Made by a program: the position numbers and the translations under genes
Part shown: piece by piece, positions 29,856-40,265 of the stretch
Layout of the letters: each line of letters starts with the position of its first letter
How positions within the stretch are numbered: the stretch's first letter is position 1
NCBI GenBank assembly: GCA_965279035.1
Contig: OZ257142.1
Span: 4,000,001-4,064,000 of the forward strand
DNA length: 64,000 bases
Direction of reading: 5' to 3'
Source of the DNA: Bacteroidia bacterium
GTDB taxonomy: Bacteria > Bacteroidota > Bacteroidia > M30B66
The notes under the pieces: model-generated
The model's input: the letters and a program-made list of their open reading frames with translations, nothing else
Databases searched by the model: none
Told to the model about the DNA's origin: nothing

Positions 29856-32800
29856 ATGAGACAATGGCGAACTATCATTTGGGTTTTACTGCTGCTTGTA
29901 TGCGGAGCAGAGACTGCATGGTCTCAGCTTGTCACAACGGGTAGTGGATCTGTTTCGGCCAATGCGCTTGTCAATAACATCATTGGTTCAGGAGTAACGT
30001 TTAGTAATGCATCCTACACAGGAAAGCCAGTAGCGGCAGGAACATTTAACGGAGTTAGTTCGAATATTGGATTACCAAGTGGAGTAATTATTACATCTGG
30101 TCACATTAACGTAGCTCCCGGACCGAACAACAATGGTGGAGCAACATTCAGTAATAATGGACCCAATATTCCCGAACTCGAAGTCTTAGCGAATTCTACT
30201 ACTTACGACGGTGCTATTTTGGAATTCGATTTTATTCCCCAAAGCAATTTCATCAGTTTCCGTTATGTGTTTGCTTCAGAAGAATACAATGAATATGTGT
30301 GTTCCGAATTCAACGATGCCTTCGCATTCTATATCACAGGTCCTGGAATTACTGGATCAGAAAATCTTGCCGTAGTTCCTTCAACAACGACTCCGGTAAC
30401 AATCAATACCATTAATAACGGAACCGTTGGATCGCTTGGTAGCATTACCAATTCCCCGTGTATCCTTGGAAACTCATCCTATTTTGTAGGCAATAACCAA
30501 AATACGGTTCAGTACGATGGCTTTACAACGGTACTAACTGCCCAAAGAACTGTTATTCCTTGTCAGACCTATCACATCAAATTAATGATTGCCGATGGTG
30601 CTGATGATATTTTCGATTCAGCCGTATTCCTCGAAGAAAATTCATTCAACTCCGCAACGTATACTGTTTCTGTTTCTACCTTCTTCAGCGATTCCACAGT
30701 ATATGAAGGCTGTACCGATGCAACGGTAACGTTCAGTCGCCCCAATGCTGATCCAACTCCGCTTACCATTACGTATGGAGTTACTGGAACAGCAACATCT
30801 GGAACAGATTACGTAGCACTTCCAGGCACGATCACCATTCCAGCAGGACAATCTTCTGTATCACTTACCATTAGCGGTATTGCCGATGGTATTACCGAAG
30901 GAAGTGAAACCATTATCATCAATGCCAATACACCCTGTGGCACCATTCCCGAAGTCATCTTTCTGAATGAAAAACCACCTGTTACCGTCTTTGTTCCTAA
31001 CGTTTCAATTTGCAATGGACTTGGTCCTGTAACGCTCAATGCAACTGCAAGTGGGGGAATTCCACCTTATACTTATAGCTGGAATACTGGTGAAACAACT
31101 TCATCCATCAGTGTCAATCCGGCTTCCACAACGGTATATACTGTTACAGCAACCGATTTTTGTGGCACTTCCGGACAAGCTCAACCAGTGGTTGATATTG
31201 CAACTATTCCTACTGCTTCGATCAGTGCTCCACCTTTTGTTTGTAGTGGAGTTCAAGTTCCCGTAACGTATACTGGAACGGCATCGCCATCAGCAACCTA
31301 TATTTGGGATTTCGATAATCCATCGGGAGTTTCGAGTGGTTCTAGTCAAGGTCCGTATCAAATTACTTGGGATTCGTCAGGCATTAAAACCATCTCATTG
31401 CAAGTGATCGCTAATGGTTGTAGCAGTAATGTTGTTACTACGCAAGTGCTCGTCAATCCTACTCCAACGGCAGATTTTGTAGTCGATCCGATTGTCTGTT
31501 CAGGACAAACTGCAACAGTTACTTATACTGGAACAGGTACCGATGGTGGTGGTTACGGTTGGGGATTTCCCGGAGGTGTAATTATCACAGGTGGACGACG
31601 TGGTCCATTTGAAATCCGTTGGGATTCGGTAGGCGTTTATGGAGTGACCGTTACGGTTACAGAAAATGGATGTACATCACCGGGAAATGAAGTATTTGTG
31701 AATGTACTTCCAACACCAACATCCGATTTCACAGCAGAAACTCCCGTTTGCGTAGGTGATCCATCAACCATTCAATATTTAGGATCGGCTTCATCAACTG
31801 CTACATACAATTGGAATTTCGCAGGAGGAATAACACAAAGTGGCGCTGGTGTTGGTCCGTATGAAGTTTCTTGGAACAATTCAGGAACTAAAGACATATT
31901 TCTTTCCATCACCGAAGCAGGTTGTACAAGCGATATTACAACGCATCAAGTAGTTGTAAACAGCATTCCTACAGCCAATTTCAATGTTGCATCACCGGTT
32001 TGTGCTGGACAACCAACAACTGTAACTTATTCAGGAAGTGCAAATAGTAGCGCTACCTATAACTGGGATTTTGGAACCGCAACGGTTATTTCAGGTACTG
32101 GACAAGGGCCTTATACTGTTTCTTGGCCTAATGCTGGAACCTACACAGTTTCATTGACAGTAACACGAAACGGCTGTACGTCTGCACCTTATACTCAACC
32201 AGTAGTAGTGAATGCCATTCCGGCTGCCCCTTTTACTGTTGAATCGCCGGTATGTGTGGGCGAAGGCTCTACAATAGCCTATACAGGTTCACTTGGACAA
32301 GGAACAACCTTTACTTGGGATTTCAGCAATGGACAAATATTGAGTGGCCTTGGTGCTGGTCCTTATGAAGTGTATTGGACAGTTCCAGGAACAAAACCAA
32401 TCACCTTAAGCGTTACATCACCTCAAGGTTGTCCTTCTCAACCGCTAGTTATTCCTGTCGTTGTAAATCCAACGCCAAGCTCTGTTTTCACTGCCGAAAC
32501 GCCCATTTGTTTAAACGAAAGTTCAACCATTGTGTACACAGGTTCGGGAAATCCGGGAGCACAATACACCTGGAATTTCAATGGAGGAAGTGTGCTTTCA
32601 GGCGGTGGACAAGGTCCTTACGAAATTCAATGGGGAACACCTGGAATTAAAACCATTACCGTTGCAGTTCAAGAAAATGGATGCGTATCTCCTCCAACAA
32701 CGCAACAAGTAAACGTTCTTCCTCTTCCTACAGGATATTTCACAGCAGCATCGCCTGTTTGTGCAATGAGTACAACGAATATTGTGTATTCTGGAAATGC

Positions 32801-35024
32801 ATCTCCCGGATCATTCTTTAATTGGGATTTTGATAATGGAGTAATCGTTTCAGGAAGCGGTCCCGGCCCTATTCAAGTGTATTGGGATACGCCTGGACCA
32901 AAAACCGTTCGACTTACCGTTCAGGAAAATGGCTGTACTTCGTATGAAGAAAGCAATATCGTGATGGTAAATCCCATTCCTACGAATAGCTTTTCAGCAA
33001 CATCGCCGGTGTGTATAGGTGAACCATCTATCGTTTCATATACAGGCAATGCACTTTCGAATGCCAATTTTGTTTGGGATTTTGGAGATGGAACCGTTCA
33101 ATCGGGCGCTGGTAATGGACCGTTCGAGATCACTTGGACAAGTGCAGGAATGCATGATATCACACTGAATTTAAGTCAGTTTGGCTGTCCTGCTCCGGAA
33201 GTTACCAATCAAGTTCAAGTAAATCCACTTCCAAATTCTCCTTTTGTTGTGGATGATCAAGTGTGTGTTGGATCAACTTCAACCATTACATATACTGGAA
33301 CTGCTTCTACACTAGGAAACTACAATTGGAGTTTTGATGGTGGAATCATACTTTCCGGCTCCGGACAAGGTCCTTTCGAAGTGTATTGGAATACGCCCGG
33401 AGTGAAACATATTTCGTTGAGTGTGGTCGATAATGGATGTCCATCGCCTTCAACTCCAGCTATTGTCAATGTGATTCCATATCCAACTTCCGACTTCACC
33501 GCGAATCCGCTTACTTGTCAAGGATATGCGACTGTTGTAACTTTCACAGGAATTGCTTTGCCAGATGCCAATTTCAATTGGGATTTTAACGGAGGAACCA
33601 TTATCAGTGGCTCAGGTGCTGGTCCATATCAAATAACTTGGTCAACAACGGGCGATAAAACCATTACGCTTACTGTCAATCAACGTGGATGCGAATCCGA
33701 CCCAAGTGAAGTAATCTTAAACGTTGCTCCTACTCCAACTGCCGATGCTGGGAACGATTTGATACTTTGTCCGGGTGATACTTCTCAGATTGGAATTCTT
33801 CCAGTGAATGGGTACGCGTATTCTTGGTCACCTGCAACAGGATTAGATAATCCAAGTTCTGGAAATCCCTCGGTAGTTCTCGAAAATTTTAGCAATGTGA
33901 TGCAAGCCAATCAATACATTCTAACGACAACGTTGGGCAATTGTGTCGATTTAGATACGGTGATGGTGCTTGTTCGACCTTTGCCTCAAATTTACTGGCA
34001 ATCGCCCGATGGACAATGTATTCAGGATAATAGCTTTGACTTCAACTTGGCTGGAAATTTCACTTCTTCAGCCAATTTCACCTGGAATTTTGGACAGTTT
34101 GCGAATCCTACAACATCCAACCTAACCAATCCACAAGACATTAGTTTCTTAACATCTGGAGTACATGTCATTACCGTTTCGATGAGCGATTGGGGATGTA
34201 ATAGTCCAGTTTATACCGATTCCATTGAGATATACGCCATGCCAGTTGCCAATTTTACTGGAACTAATTTGGAAGGTTGTCCTCCTTTAAGCGCTACATT
34301 CACAAACCTTTCCTCCGATTTTGGGAATCCAACATACACCTGGAATATGGGTGATGGTTTTGAGTTGAATGGATTTACTCCTAATCATTCCTACGAAACA
34401 TCGGGAGCTTATACTGTGAATCTTACCGTTGTAACTGAGAATGGCTGCTCGAGTGAATATTCAGTGCAGTCGATGATTAATGTGTATCCTGAACCGCATG
34501 CCGGTTTCCGTGTAAATCCTGAAATTTTATCTACCGAACATCCCTTGGCGAATATCATCGATGAATCTTCAGGAGCGATAAGTTGGACGTATACAACGGG
34601 TGATGGAGAAACGATGTATGATCGAAATTTCAGTCATAACTACTATACGCCTGGTGATTATACCTTATCACAACGAGTTATCAACCAATGGGGATGCGAA
34701 GATGTGGCAGTTTATCAATTGAAAGTGGAGCCAATCATGACCTTCTATATTCCCAATGCATTTACACCGGATGCAAATGGTACGAATGAGGTTTTCAAAT
34801 GCTACGGTTTAAATATCGAGGATTTCAGAATGGAAATTTACACCCGCTGGGGAGAACTTGTATTCGAATCGAATGATATTGATGTTGGTTGGAATGGAAA
34901 GAAATTCAATGAAAAGGAACGCGAAGTATCGCAAATGGATGTGTATGCCGTTGTTGTTTATGTTCGCGACAACAAAGATTTACCTCCACGAAGAATCGAT
35001 GCTCGAGTTACTTTAGTGAGATAA
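29856..35024 (+). CDS. T9SS type B cargo, 1722 aa: choice-of-anchor-L-like head, Calx-beta-like domain, ten PKD-like repeats, gliding-motility-associated CTD
   Basis: Signal peptide ..AWSQ; YVFASEEYNEYVCSEFNDAFAF head; C-terminal FYIPNAFTP...IYTRWG...GWNG...VTLVR. Confidence 0.88.
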   Translation: MRQWRTIIWVLLLLVCGAETAWSQLVTTGSGSVSANALVNNIIGSGVTFSNASYTGKPVAAGTFNGVSSNIGLPSGVIITSGHINVAPGPNNNGGATFSNNGPNIPELEVLANSTTYDGAILEFDFIPQSNFISFRYVFASEEYNEYVCSEFNDAFAFYITGPGITGSENLAVVPSTTTPVTINTINNGTVGSLGSITNSPCILGNSSYFVGNNQNTVQYDGFTTVLTAQRTVIPCQTYHIKLMIADGADDIFDSAVFLEENSFNSATYTVSVSTFFSDSTVYEGCTDATVTFSRPNADPTPLTITYGVTGTATSGTDYVALPGTITIPAGQSSVSLTISGIADGITEGSETIIINANTPCGTIPEVIFLNEKPPVTVFVPNVSICNGLGPVTLNATASGGIPPYTYSWNTGETTSSISVNPASTTVYTVTATDFCGTSGQAQPVVDIATIPTASISAPPFVCSGVQVPVTYTGTASPSATYIWDFDNPSGVSSGSSQGPYQITWDSSGIKTISLQVIANGCSSNVVTTQVLVNPTPTADFVVDPIVCSGQTATVTYTGTGTDGGGYGWGFPGGVIITGGRRGPFEIRWDSVGVYGVTVTVTENGCTSPGNEVFVNVLPTPTSDFTAETPVCVGDPSTIQYLGSASSTATYNWNFAGGITQSGAGVGPYEVSWNNSGTKDIFLSITEAGCTSDITTHQVVVNSIPTANFNVASPVCAGQPTTVTYSGSANSSATYNWDFGTATVISGTGQGPYTVSWPNAGTYTVSLTVTRNGCTSAPYTQPVVVNAIPAAPFTVESPVCVGEGSTIAYTGSLGQGTTFTWDFSNGQILSGLGAGPYEVYWTVPGTKPITLSVTSPQGCPSQPLVIPVVVNPTPSSVFTAETPICLNESSTIVYTGSGNPGAQYTWNFNGGSVLSGGGQGPYEIQWGTPGIKTITVAVQENGCVSPPTTQQVNVLPLPTGYFTAASPVCAMSTTNIVYSGNASPGSFFNWDFDNGVIVSGSGPGPIQVYWDTPGPKTVRLTVQENGCTSYEESNIVMVNPIPTNSFSATSPVCIGEPSIVSYTGNALSNANFVWDFGDGTVQSGAGNGPFEITWTSAGMHDITLNLSQFGCPAPEVTNQVQVNPLPNSPFVVDDQVCVGSTSTITYTGTASTLGNYNWSFDGGIILSGSGQGPFEVYWNTPGVKHISLSVVDNGCPSPSTPAIVNVIPYPTSDFTANPLTCQGYATVVTFTGIALPDANFNWDFNGGTIISGSGAGPYQITWSTTGDKTITLTVNQRGCESDPSEVILNVAPTPTADAGNDLILCPGDTSQIGILPVNGYAYSWSPATGLDNPSSGNPSVVLENFSNVMQANQYILTTTLGNCVDLDTVMVLVRPLPQIYWQSPDGQCIQDNSFDFNLAGNFTSSANFTWNFGQFANPTTSNLTNPQDISFLTSGVHVITVSMSDWGCNSPVYTDSIEIYAMPVANFTGTNLEGCPPLSATFTNLSSDFGNPTYTWNMGDGFELNGFTPNHSYETSGAYTVNLTVVTENGCSSEYSVQSMINVYPEPHAGFRVNPEILSTEHPLANIIDESSGAISWTYTTGDGETMYDRNFSHNYYTPGDYTLSQRVINQWGCEDVAVYQLKVEPIMTFYIPNAFTPDANGTNEVFKCYGLNIEDFRMEIYTRWGELVFESNDIDVGWNGKKFNEKEREVSQMDVYAVVVYVRDNKDLPPRRIDARVTLVR
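31206..33731 (+). repeat. Ten tandem ~84-aa PKD/Ig-like coding repeats
   Basis: Consensus P...F....VC.G......YTG.......W.F.GG...SG.G.GP..V.W...G.K.I.L.V..NGC.S, read ten times in the translation. Confidence 0.88.
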
Positions 35025-35640
35025 CTTTCAAGTCTTTAACAAAGACGAGATAACAATTCTCATCTGGTCGGATTTGAGCAAGTTCGAACTCCCAAACTTC
35101 ATTTTCCAAGAGTAATTTTCCGTTAAATGAATGTGCATTTTTCGGATTGATGGAAGATATGATGAGTTGTGTTGAAAAAATAAGATTTTTCTTCCCATAA
35201 GCCTTATACATGGCTTCTTTCGCTCCCCAAAAATTTTGTAATAAGTCTTGTTTTTCGGTAGAATTATGGAGCATTTCCAATTCGCTAGAATGAAGAATAC
35301 GATTGGCTACTTGGTTTAATTGAGGACGAATTTCTTCCACATCAATTCCTTGATTCGTATGGGGATGAAAGGAAAAAGCAACATGGCTTCTGGAATGACT
35401 TAAGGAAATATGTCCTTTTCCATCTGAGGGCCAGGGCTTTCCATATTCATCACTCTTCCATTCAAACTGATTTCCCAAAACACGTTTAACGAGTCGAGTT
35501 AAGTCGGCTTTATCTTGGTGTTTTCGTGTAGCTACACTTATTTTTTCTTCAATAGGACTTACACATTCATAAGCAACAATTCCTTGTCCATCAGCATTTT
35601 CAAATACAAAAAAACCATCTTGCTCATCGAATTGAATCAT
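35008..35640 (-). CDS. 4'-phosphopantetheinyl transferase (Sfp/EntD-like)
   Basis: YGKP, HISLSHS, GIDVE, WGAKEAMYK. Confidence 0.9.
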   Translation of the reverse strand: MIQFDEQDGFFVFENADGQGIVAYECVSPIEEKISVATRKHQDKADLTRLVKRVLGNQFEWKSDEYGKPWPSDGKGHISLSHSRSHVAFSFHPHTNQGIDVEEIRPQLNQVANRILHSSELEMLHNSTEKQDLLQNFWGAKEAMYKAYGKKNLIFSTQLIISSINPKNAHSFNGKLLLENEVWEFELAQIRPDENCYLVFVKDLKVISLK

Positions 35641-35686
35641 CCTCTTTTTTTATTGCTATAGCTATTAAAGCTGTAAAATTAATGCT

Positions 35687-35694
35687 TACTTTTG
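35687..35694 (+). promoter_or_regulatory. -7 promoter box
   Basis: TACTTTTG; implies the true start of the next gene is ATG 35715, not 35682. Confidence 0.6.
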
Positions 35695-35714
35695 AAGGAC
35701 TGCCAATTCTGCCT

Positions 35715-38700
35715 ATGAAACTACCGCTACACTCAACCGGCAAACATCTATTTATCCTGCTTTTACTCACTATTGGCTTCTCTATGAAAGGGAAGGCTCA
35801 ATATGCAGTTGATACAACCTTAACTCCAGTTCAATACATCAATAACCTTGTAGGCTTAGGTGTTTCTTTTGGAAACATACAGTACCAAGGAGATGGGCAG
35901 GCTATTGGTTCTTTTACAGGAGCGAATGGTTCTTTAGGTTTCAGTAGCGGAGTTATTCTTTCCACTGGATTAGCTGCGAGTTCAGATGATGTTTCATCTA
36001 GTTTTGCAGGAGGCTTTAACACATATGGCTTAACGAATATTCCTGAATTAGCACCCAATGTTCCAGGTTGCTTAGGTGTTACGAATGATGGTTTGATTCT
36101 TCAATTCGATTTTGTACCTCAATCGACACCGGTTTCATTTCGATACATATTTGCCTCAGAAGAATATGCTGATTTTGTATGTTCTCAATTTAATGATGCT
36201 TTTGCATTTCTAATTTCTGGTCCTGGTATCGTTGGAGAACAAAACTTAGCTTTAGTTCCCGGATCAGGAGATCCAATTACAATTAACACAATCAACAATG
36301 GTACAGTTGGTACATTTGGAAGTATCACCAATGATCCATGTATCACAACAAATTCTCAATACTATAATTCAAGTCCACCAAATAATATTGTTTATGATGG
36401 ATATACGGATGTAATGACTGCTGTAGCAGATGTTATTCCTTGCCAAACATACACCTTACGATTAATCCTTGCTGATGGATGTGATAGTGGTTATGATTCT
36501 GCTGTATTCCTTGAAGCCAATAGTTTTGGTGCTGCACCAGTAGCCATTTCACAAACAACTTTAAATGGCGATTCAACTACGTTCGAAGGATGCGCACCTG
36601 CAACATTGATTTTCTCTCGTCAAAATGCAGATCCATTTGATTATGTTTTCCCATTCACTTTAACCGGAACTGCAACCAGTGGTGTTGACTACAATCCAGT
36701 TCCATCATCAATCACAATTCCTGCTGGTCAAACTTCTGTTCAACTTGCTATTACCGCAATTGAAGACGGTATTGTTGAAGGAACAGAGACAATCGAATTG
36801 AATTACCAAACTATTTGTGGTACAATTTCTACCATCGTTTACATCACCGAAAAACCGGCAGTTGTTGTTACTCCCGATCCGGCTCCTTCCCTATGCGGTG
36901 GTCAAGGTCCTGTAACTGTTTCGGGTTCTGCAACAGGTGGCGTTCCTCCATTCACCTATTCATGGTCGGGTGGTTTAGGTACAGGTACTTCTATCAGCGT
37001 TAATCCTTTAGCAACAACAACTTACACCCTTACAGCCACCGATTTTTGCGGAACATCTTCATCCGTTGCTATTACTGTTCCTGTAGGAACAACTCCAATT
37101 GTTCCTGTTATTGGACTACCTGTAAACGCCATTTGTGAAGGTGAGCAACTCTTACTGAATGCATCAACGACAACGGCTGGTGCTACCTTAGTTTGGACTG
37201 GTCCAAATAGCTATTATGCTCAAACCACAACTGTCAATATCCCCAACACAACGATTGCAAACTCAGGCCAATATCAAGTGTATGCAACACTCAATGGATG
37301 TGATAGTCAACCAGCATTGATTGATGCACTTGTAAAACCTAGACCTACTGTTCCAGTGCTTGGTTCAAATTCACCAGCATGCGAAGGAAATGCGTTAAAC
37401 CTAACGGCAAATGTAGTTCCTGCAAATTCGGTTGTTACTTGGACAGGTCCGAATTCTTTTGCAGCAGTTGGATCAGCACCTTCAATAGCACAATCAACTA
37501 TGGCAGATGGTGGATTGTACGCAGCAACAGCCGAACTCAATGGTTGTGTTGCTACAGCTGGAAGTGCCATTCAAGTAGTTGTAAACGACACTCCCGATGC
37601 TCCTCCTGCTTCATCTAATTCTCCTGTTTGTGCAGGATTTTCATTGGATTTAACTACTACTTCTGTTGCTGATTCTTATTTATGGTCTGGACCACAAGCT
37701 TGGAGTGCAGTTACACAATCGGCCTCTCGTCCTACTATGACAGCTGTGAATGCCGGTATTTATGCTTTGTCTATCACAATTAACAATTGTACAAGTCCGC
37801 CAACTCCTCTTCAAGTGGATGTGATTGATGCTAGTTTTATTCCTGCAATAACAACTAATTCTCCTGTATGCGAAGGCAGTAATTTGGATTTTAGCACTCC
37901 AGCAGTGAACAATGCAAATTATTTCTGGTCGGGACCAAATGGCTTTAGTGCAAATAATAGAAGCAATCAAATACCAGTAACAGTAGAAGCTAACGAAGGG
38001 CTTTATTCAGTTTACTTAGTTATTGGAGCTTGTACAACAGCAACCAACCAAAGCAATATAATCATCAATCCTATTCCTGTTGCTGATGCTGGACTACCTA
38101 TTCAAATTTGCTCTATGCAACCCGGTCAACTTGGAGCCGCTCCAGTTGCAGGTTACAGCTATTCTTGGAGCCCAGTTGAAGGTTTAAACTTTAGCACTAT
38201 TTCTAACCCAACTCTTCAACTTGGAAGTATTGGTGGACCTATTCAACAACATACATTCACTTTGACAGTTACTGCCGATGGTTGTCAAAACCAAAGTACA
38301 GTTGATGCTGAAATTATACCTCAACCTGTTGCTTCATTTGTTGCTCCCAATCCTACTTGTTTCGAAAATAACTCTTTCGATTTTCAAGCCGACGGCATAT
38401 TCAATTCTACAGATCCTCGTTATGTTTGGGATTTTGGTCCTTGGGCAACACCCGATTCATCGTTAGAAAGAAGTCCGCAGGATGTTCATTTTGAAGCTAC
38501 AGGAATCCATTTAGTTCGACTAGTTGTAATTGATTTAGGATGTCCAAGTAATACGTACATCGCACCAGTCAATGTGTTGAAAATGCCAGTGGCAAACTTT
38601 GCTAGCGATAAAATTGAAACATGTAGTCCTAGTCTCGTTCAATTTGAAAATCTATCCGAAAACGAAGGAGATCCTTTTACTAATCAGTGGTTGTTTGGTA

Positions 38701-39362
38701 ATGGAAATAATTCAATTGAAGAAAGCCCAACTGTACTTTATAGCACTAGTGGAAATTATCAGGTTTCACTTCAAGTTACTGGTATAAATGGATGTAGTAA
38801 TACGTATACTATTTCATCTGCAGTTCAAGTTCATCCTTCACCAACATCACAATTCAATGTGAGCCCAACTGTAACTACGATTTTTGATCCTGAAGTTGAA
38901 ATCTCCGACCTTTCAACTATGGCAACAGAATGTATGTATTTGATGGGAAATGGAGATACAATCGCTGAGTTCAACACACATTATACATATGCAGATACAG
39001 GCTCTTATGTAATTACTCAAGTGCTAAATAATGAATTTGGTTGTACCGATACTTCTCAAATGAATGTACGAATCGATTTAGGATTTAAAGTATTTATCCC
39101 AACTGCTTTTACTCCTAACGATGATGGGAAAAATGATCGATTCAGAGTTTATGGTGAAGATGTACGCGATTTCTCCATCAATATATTTAACCGTTGGGGA
39201 CAAATGATTTATTCTTCCTATGACATTGAAAATGGCTGGGATGGAAGAACCTTACTTAACAATACGATTGTCCCAGGTGGTTTGTATATCTATGCAATTA
39301 AAGTGAAGGATCGCTACGGTTTAGATTATACCTACAAAGGAGAAGTAACCGTATTACGTTAA
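35715..39362 (+). CDS. T9SS type B cargo: choice-of-anchor-L-like head, Ig-like WTGPN stalk, PKD domains, gliding-motility-associated CTD
   Basis: ..KAQY signal cleavage; YIFASEEYADFVCSQFNDAFAF; repeated C.G..L.L.A......W(T/S)GP; VFIPTAFTPNDDGKND...FNRWG...GWDG...VTVLR. Confidence 0.88.
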   Translation: MKLPLHSTGKHLFILLLLTIGFSMKGKAQYAVDTTLTPVQYINNLVGLGVSFGNIQYQGDGQAIGSFTGANGSLGFSSGVILSTGLAASSDDVSSSFAGGFNTYGLTNIPELAPNVPGCLGVTNDGLILQFDFVPQSTPVSFRYIFASEEYADFVCSQFNDAFAFLISGPGIVGEQNLALVPGSGDPITINTINNGTVGTFGSITNDPCITTNSQYYNSSPPNNIVYDGYTDVMTAVADVIPCQTYTLRLILADGCDSGYDSAVFLEANSFGAAPVAISQTTLNGDSTTFEGCAPATLIFSRQNADPFDYVFPFTLTGTATSGVDYNPVPSSITIPAGQTSVQLAITAIEDGIVEGTETIELNYQTICGTISTIVYITEKPAVVVTPDPAPSLCGGQGPVTVSGSATGGVPPFTYSWSGGLGTGTSISVNPLATTTYTLTATDFCGTSSSVAITVPVGTTPIVPVIGLPVNAICEGEQLLLNASTTTAGATLVWTGPNSYYAQTTTVNIPNTTIANSGQYQVYATLNGCDSQPALIDALVKPRPTVPVLGSNSPACEGNALNLTANVVPANSVVTWTGPNSFAAVGSAPSIAQSTMADGGLYAATAELNGCVATAGSAIQVVVNDTPDAPPASSNSPVCAGFSLDLTTTSVADSYLWSGPQAWSAVTQSASRPTMTAVNAGIYALSITINNCTSPPTPLQVDVIDASFIPAITTNSPVCEGSNLDFSTPAVNNANYFWSGPNGFSANNRSNQIPVTVEANEGLYSVYLVIGACTTATNQSNIIINPIPVADAGLPIQICSMQPGQLGAAPVAGYSYSWSPVEGLNFSTISNPTLQLGSIGGPIQQHTFTLTVTADGCQNQSTVDAEIIPQPVASFVAPNPTCFENNSFDFQADGIFNSTDPRYVWDFGPWATPDSSLERSPQDVHFEATGIHLVRLVVIDLGCPSNTYIAPVNVLKMPVANFASDKIETCSPSLVQFENLSENEGDPFTNQWLFGNGNNSIEESPTVLYSTSGNYQVSLQVTGINGCSNTYTISSAVQVHPSPTSQFNVSPTVTTIFDPEVEISDLSTMATECMYLMGNGDTIAEFNTHYTYADTGSYVITQVLNNEFGCTDTSQMNVRIDLGFKVFIPTAFTPNDDGKNDRFRVYGEDVRDFSINIFNRWGQMIYSSYDIENGWDGRTLLNNTIVPGGLYIYAIKVKDRYGLDYTYKGEVTVLR

Positions 39363-40162
39363 TCTGTTTCTTCTAGATCATCATAAAATCCATCATTACT
39401 CTGAATCGGAGGAATGATGGATGCTTCTCTGAGAAATGCTTTTAAATCTTTCACTGTTTCTTCTTCTTTGAGGAAAAAGTGGGCAGATACAATTCCATCA
39501 ATACCCGTTTCAGTAAATAATTCAGCGAAATCTTCTTTCTTCTGTACTCCTACAGAAGCTAAAACAGGTACTCTTGAACCTGCTGTTACCGATTTCAAAA
39601 CTGCATTAATAATAGTATGATCAGTATATCCTCGAGCTACGGTAGAAATTAATAATTCTCCTGCTCCACGTAATTGACACATCTCAATCCAATTCAATAA
39701 GTCAATTTCGGTTCTTGATTTTCCTCCGTTTAAGTATACTTTCCAATGACCAAAAGTCAATCGTGTATCAATTGCTACAAGCAAAGAATTGCTTCCATGC
39801 GTTTTGGTTATTTTATTAATTAATTCTGGATTACGAACTGCTGCCGAATTAACATAAATCCGTTGAATGCCTGTCTTAAGCATGTCTTCAACATCGTTAA
39901 TTGTATGAACTCCACCTCCAAAAACAAAAGGAATTTTCATTGTTTTAGAAAGATCCTTTAAAAAACGTGGGAGATTTCGACGGCGTTCAGTGACTGTTGT
40001 TACATCCATAATTACCAACTCATCAGCCCCCTCTGATTCATATTTGAGAGCAAGCTCTAATGCTTCAGTGTAGCTAAGAATATGGCTTGATTCCGTTAAA
40101 GCAAATTGTCCATCGCTGGTGTAAATGCTTGGAATAATCCGTTTTATTGAATGATCATGCAT
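39359..40162 (-). CDS. HisF/HisA-family TIM-barrel protein (divergent HisF paralog)
   Basis: KRIIP, GADELVIMD, IPFVFGGG, NSAAVRNPELI, LVAIDTR, GAGELLI; start 40162 after TAAATTTG at 40172-40179. Confidence 0.85.
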   Translation of the reverse strand: MHDHSIKRIIPSIYTSDGQFALTESSHILSYTEALELALKYESEGADELVIMDVTTVTERRRNLPRFLKDLSKTMKIPFVFGGGVHTINDVEDMLKTGIQRIYVNSAAVRNPELINKITKTHGSNSLLVAIDTRLTFGHWKVYLNGGKSRTEIDLLNWIEMCQLRGAGELLISTVARGYTDHTIINAVLKSVTAGSRVPVLASVGVQKKEDFAELFTETGIDGIVSAHFFLKEEETVKDLKAFLREASIIPPIQSNDGFYDDLEETD

Positions 40163-40265
40163 AAGCGAAGGCAAATTTAATCGAATATGCTTCGCTTGAT
40201 ACATTCGTTGATGCTCTTGTTTTGTAGACTATTATATTACTTTAGCAAAATTAACCCGATAATCT

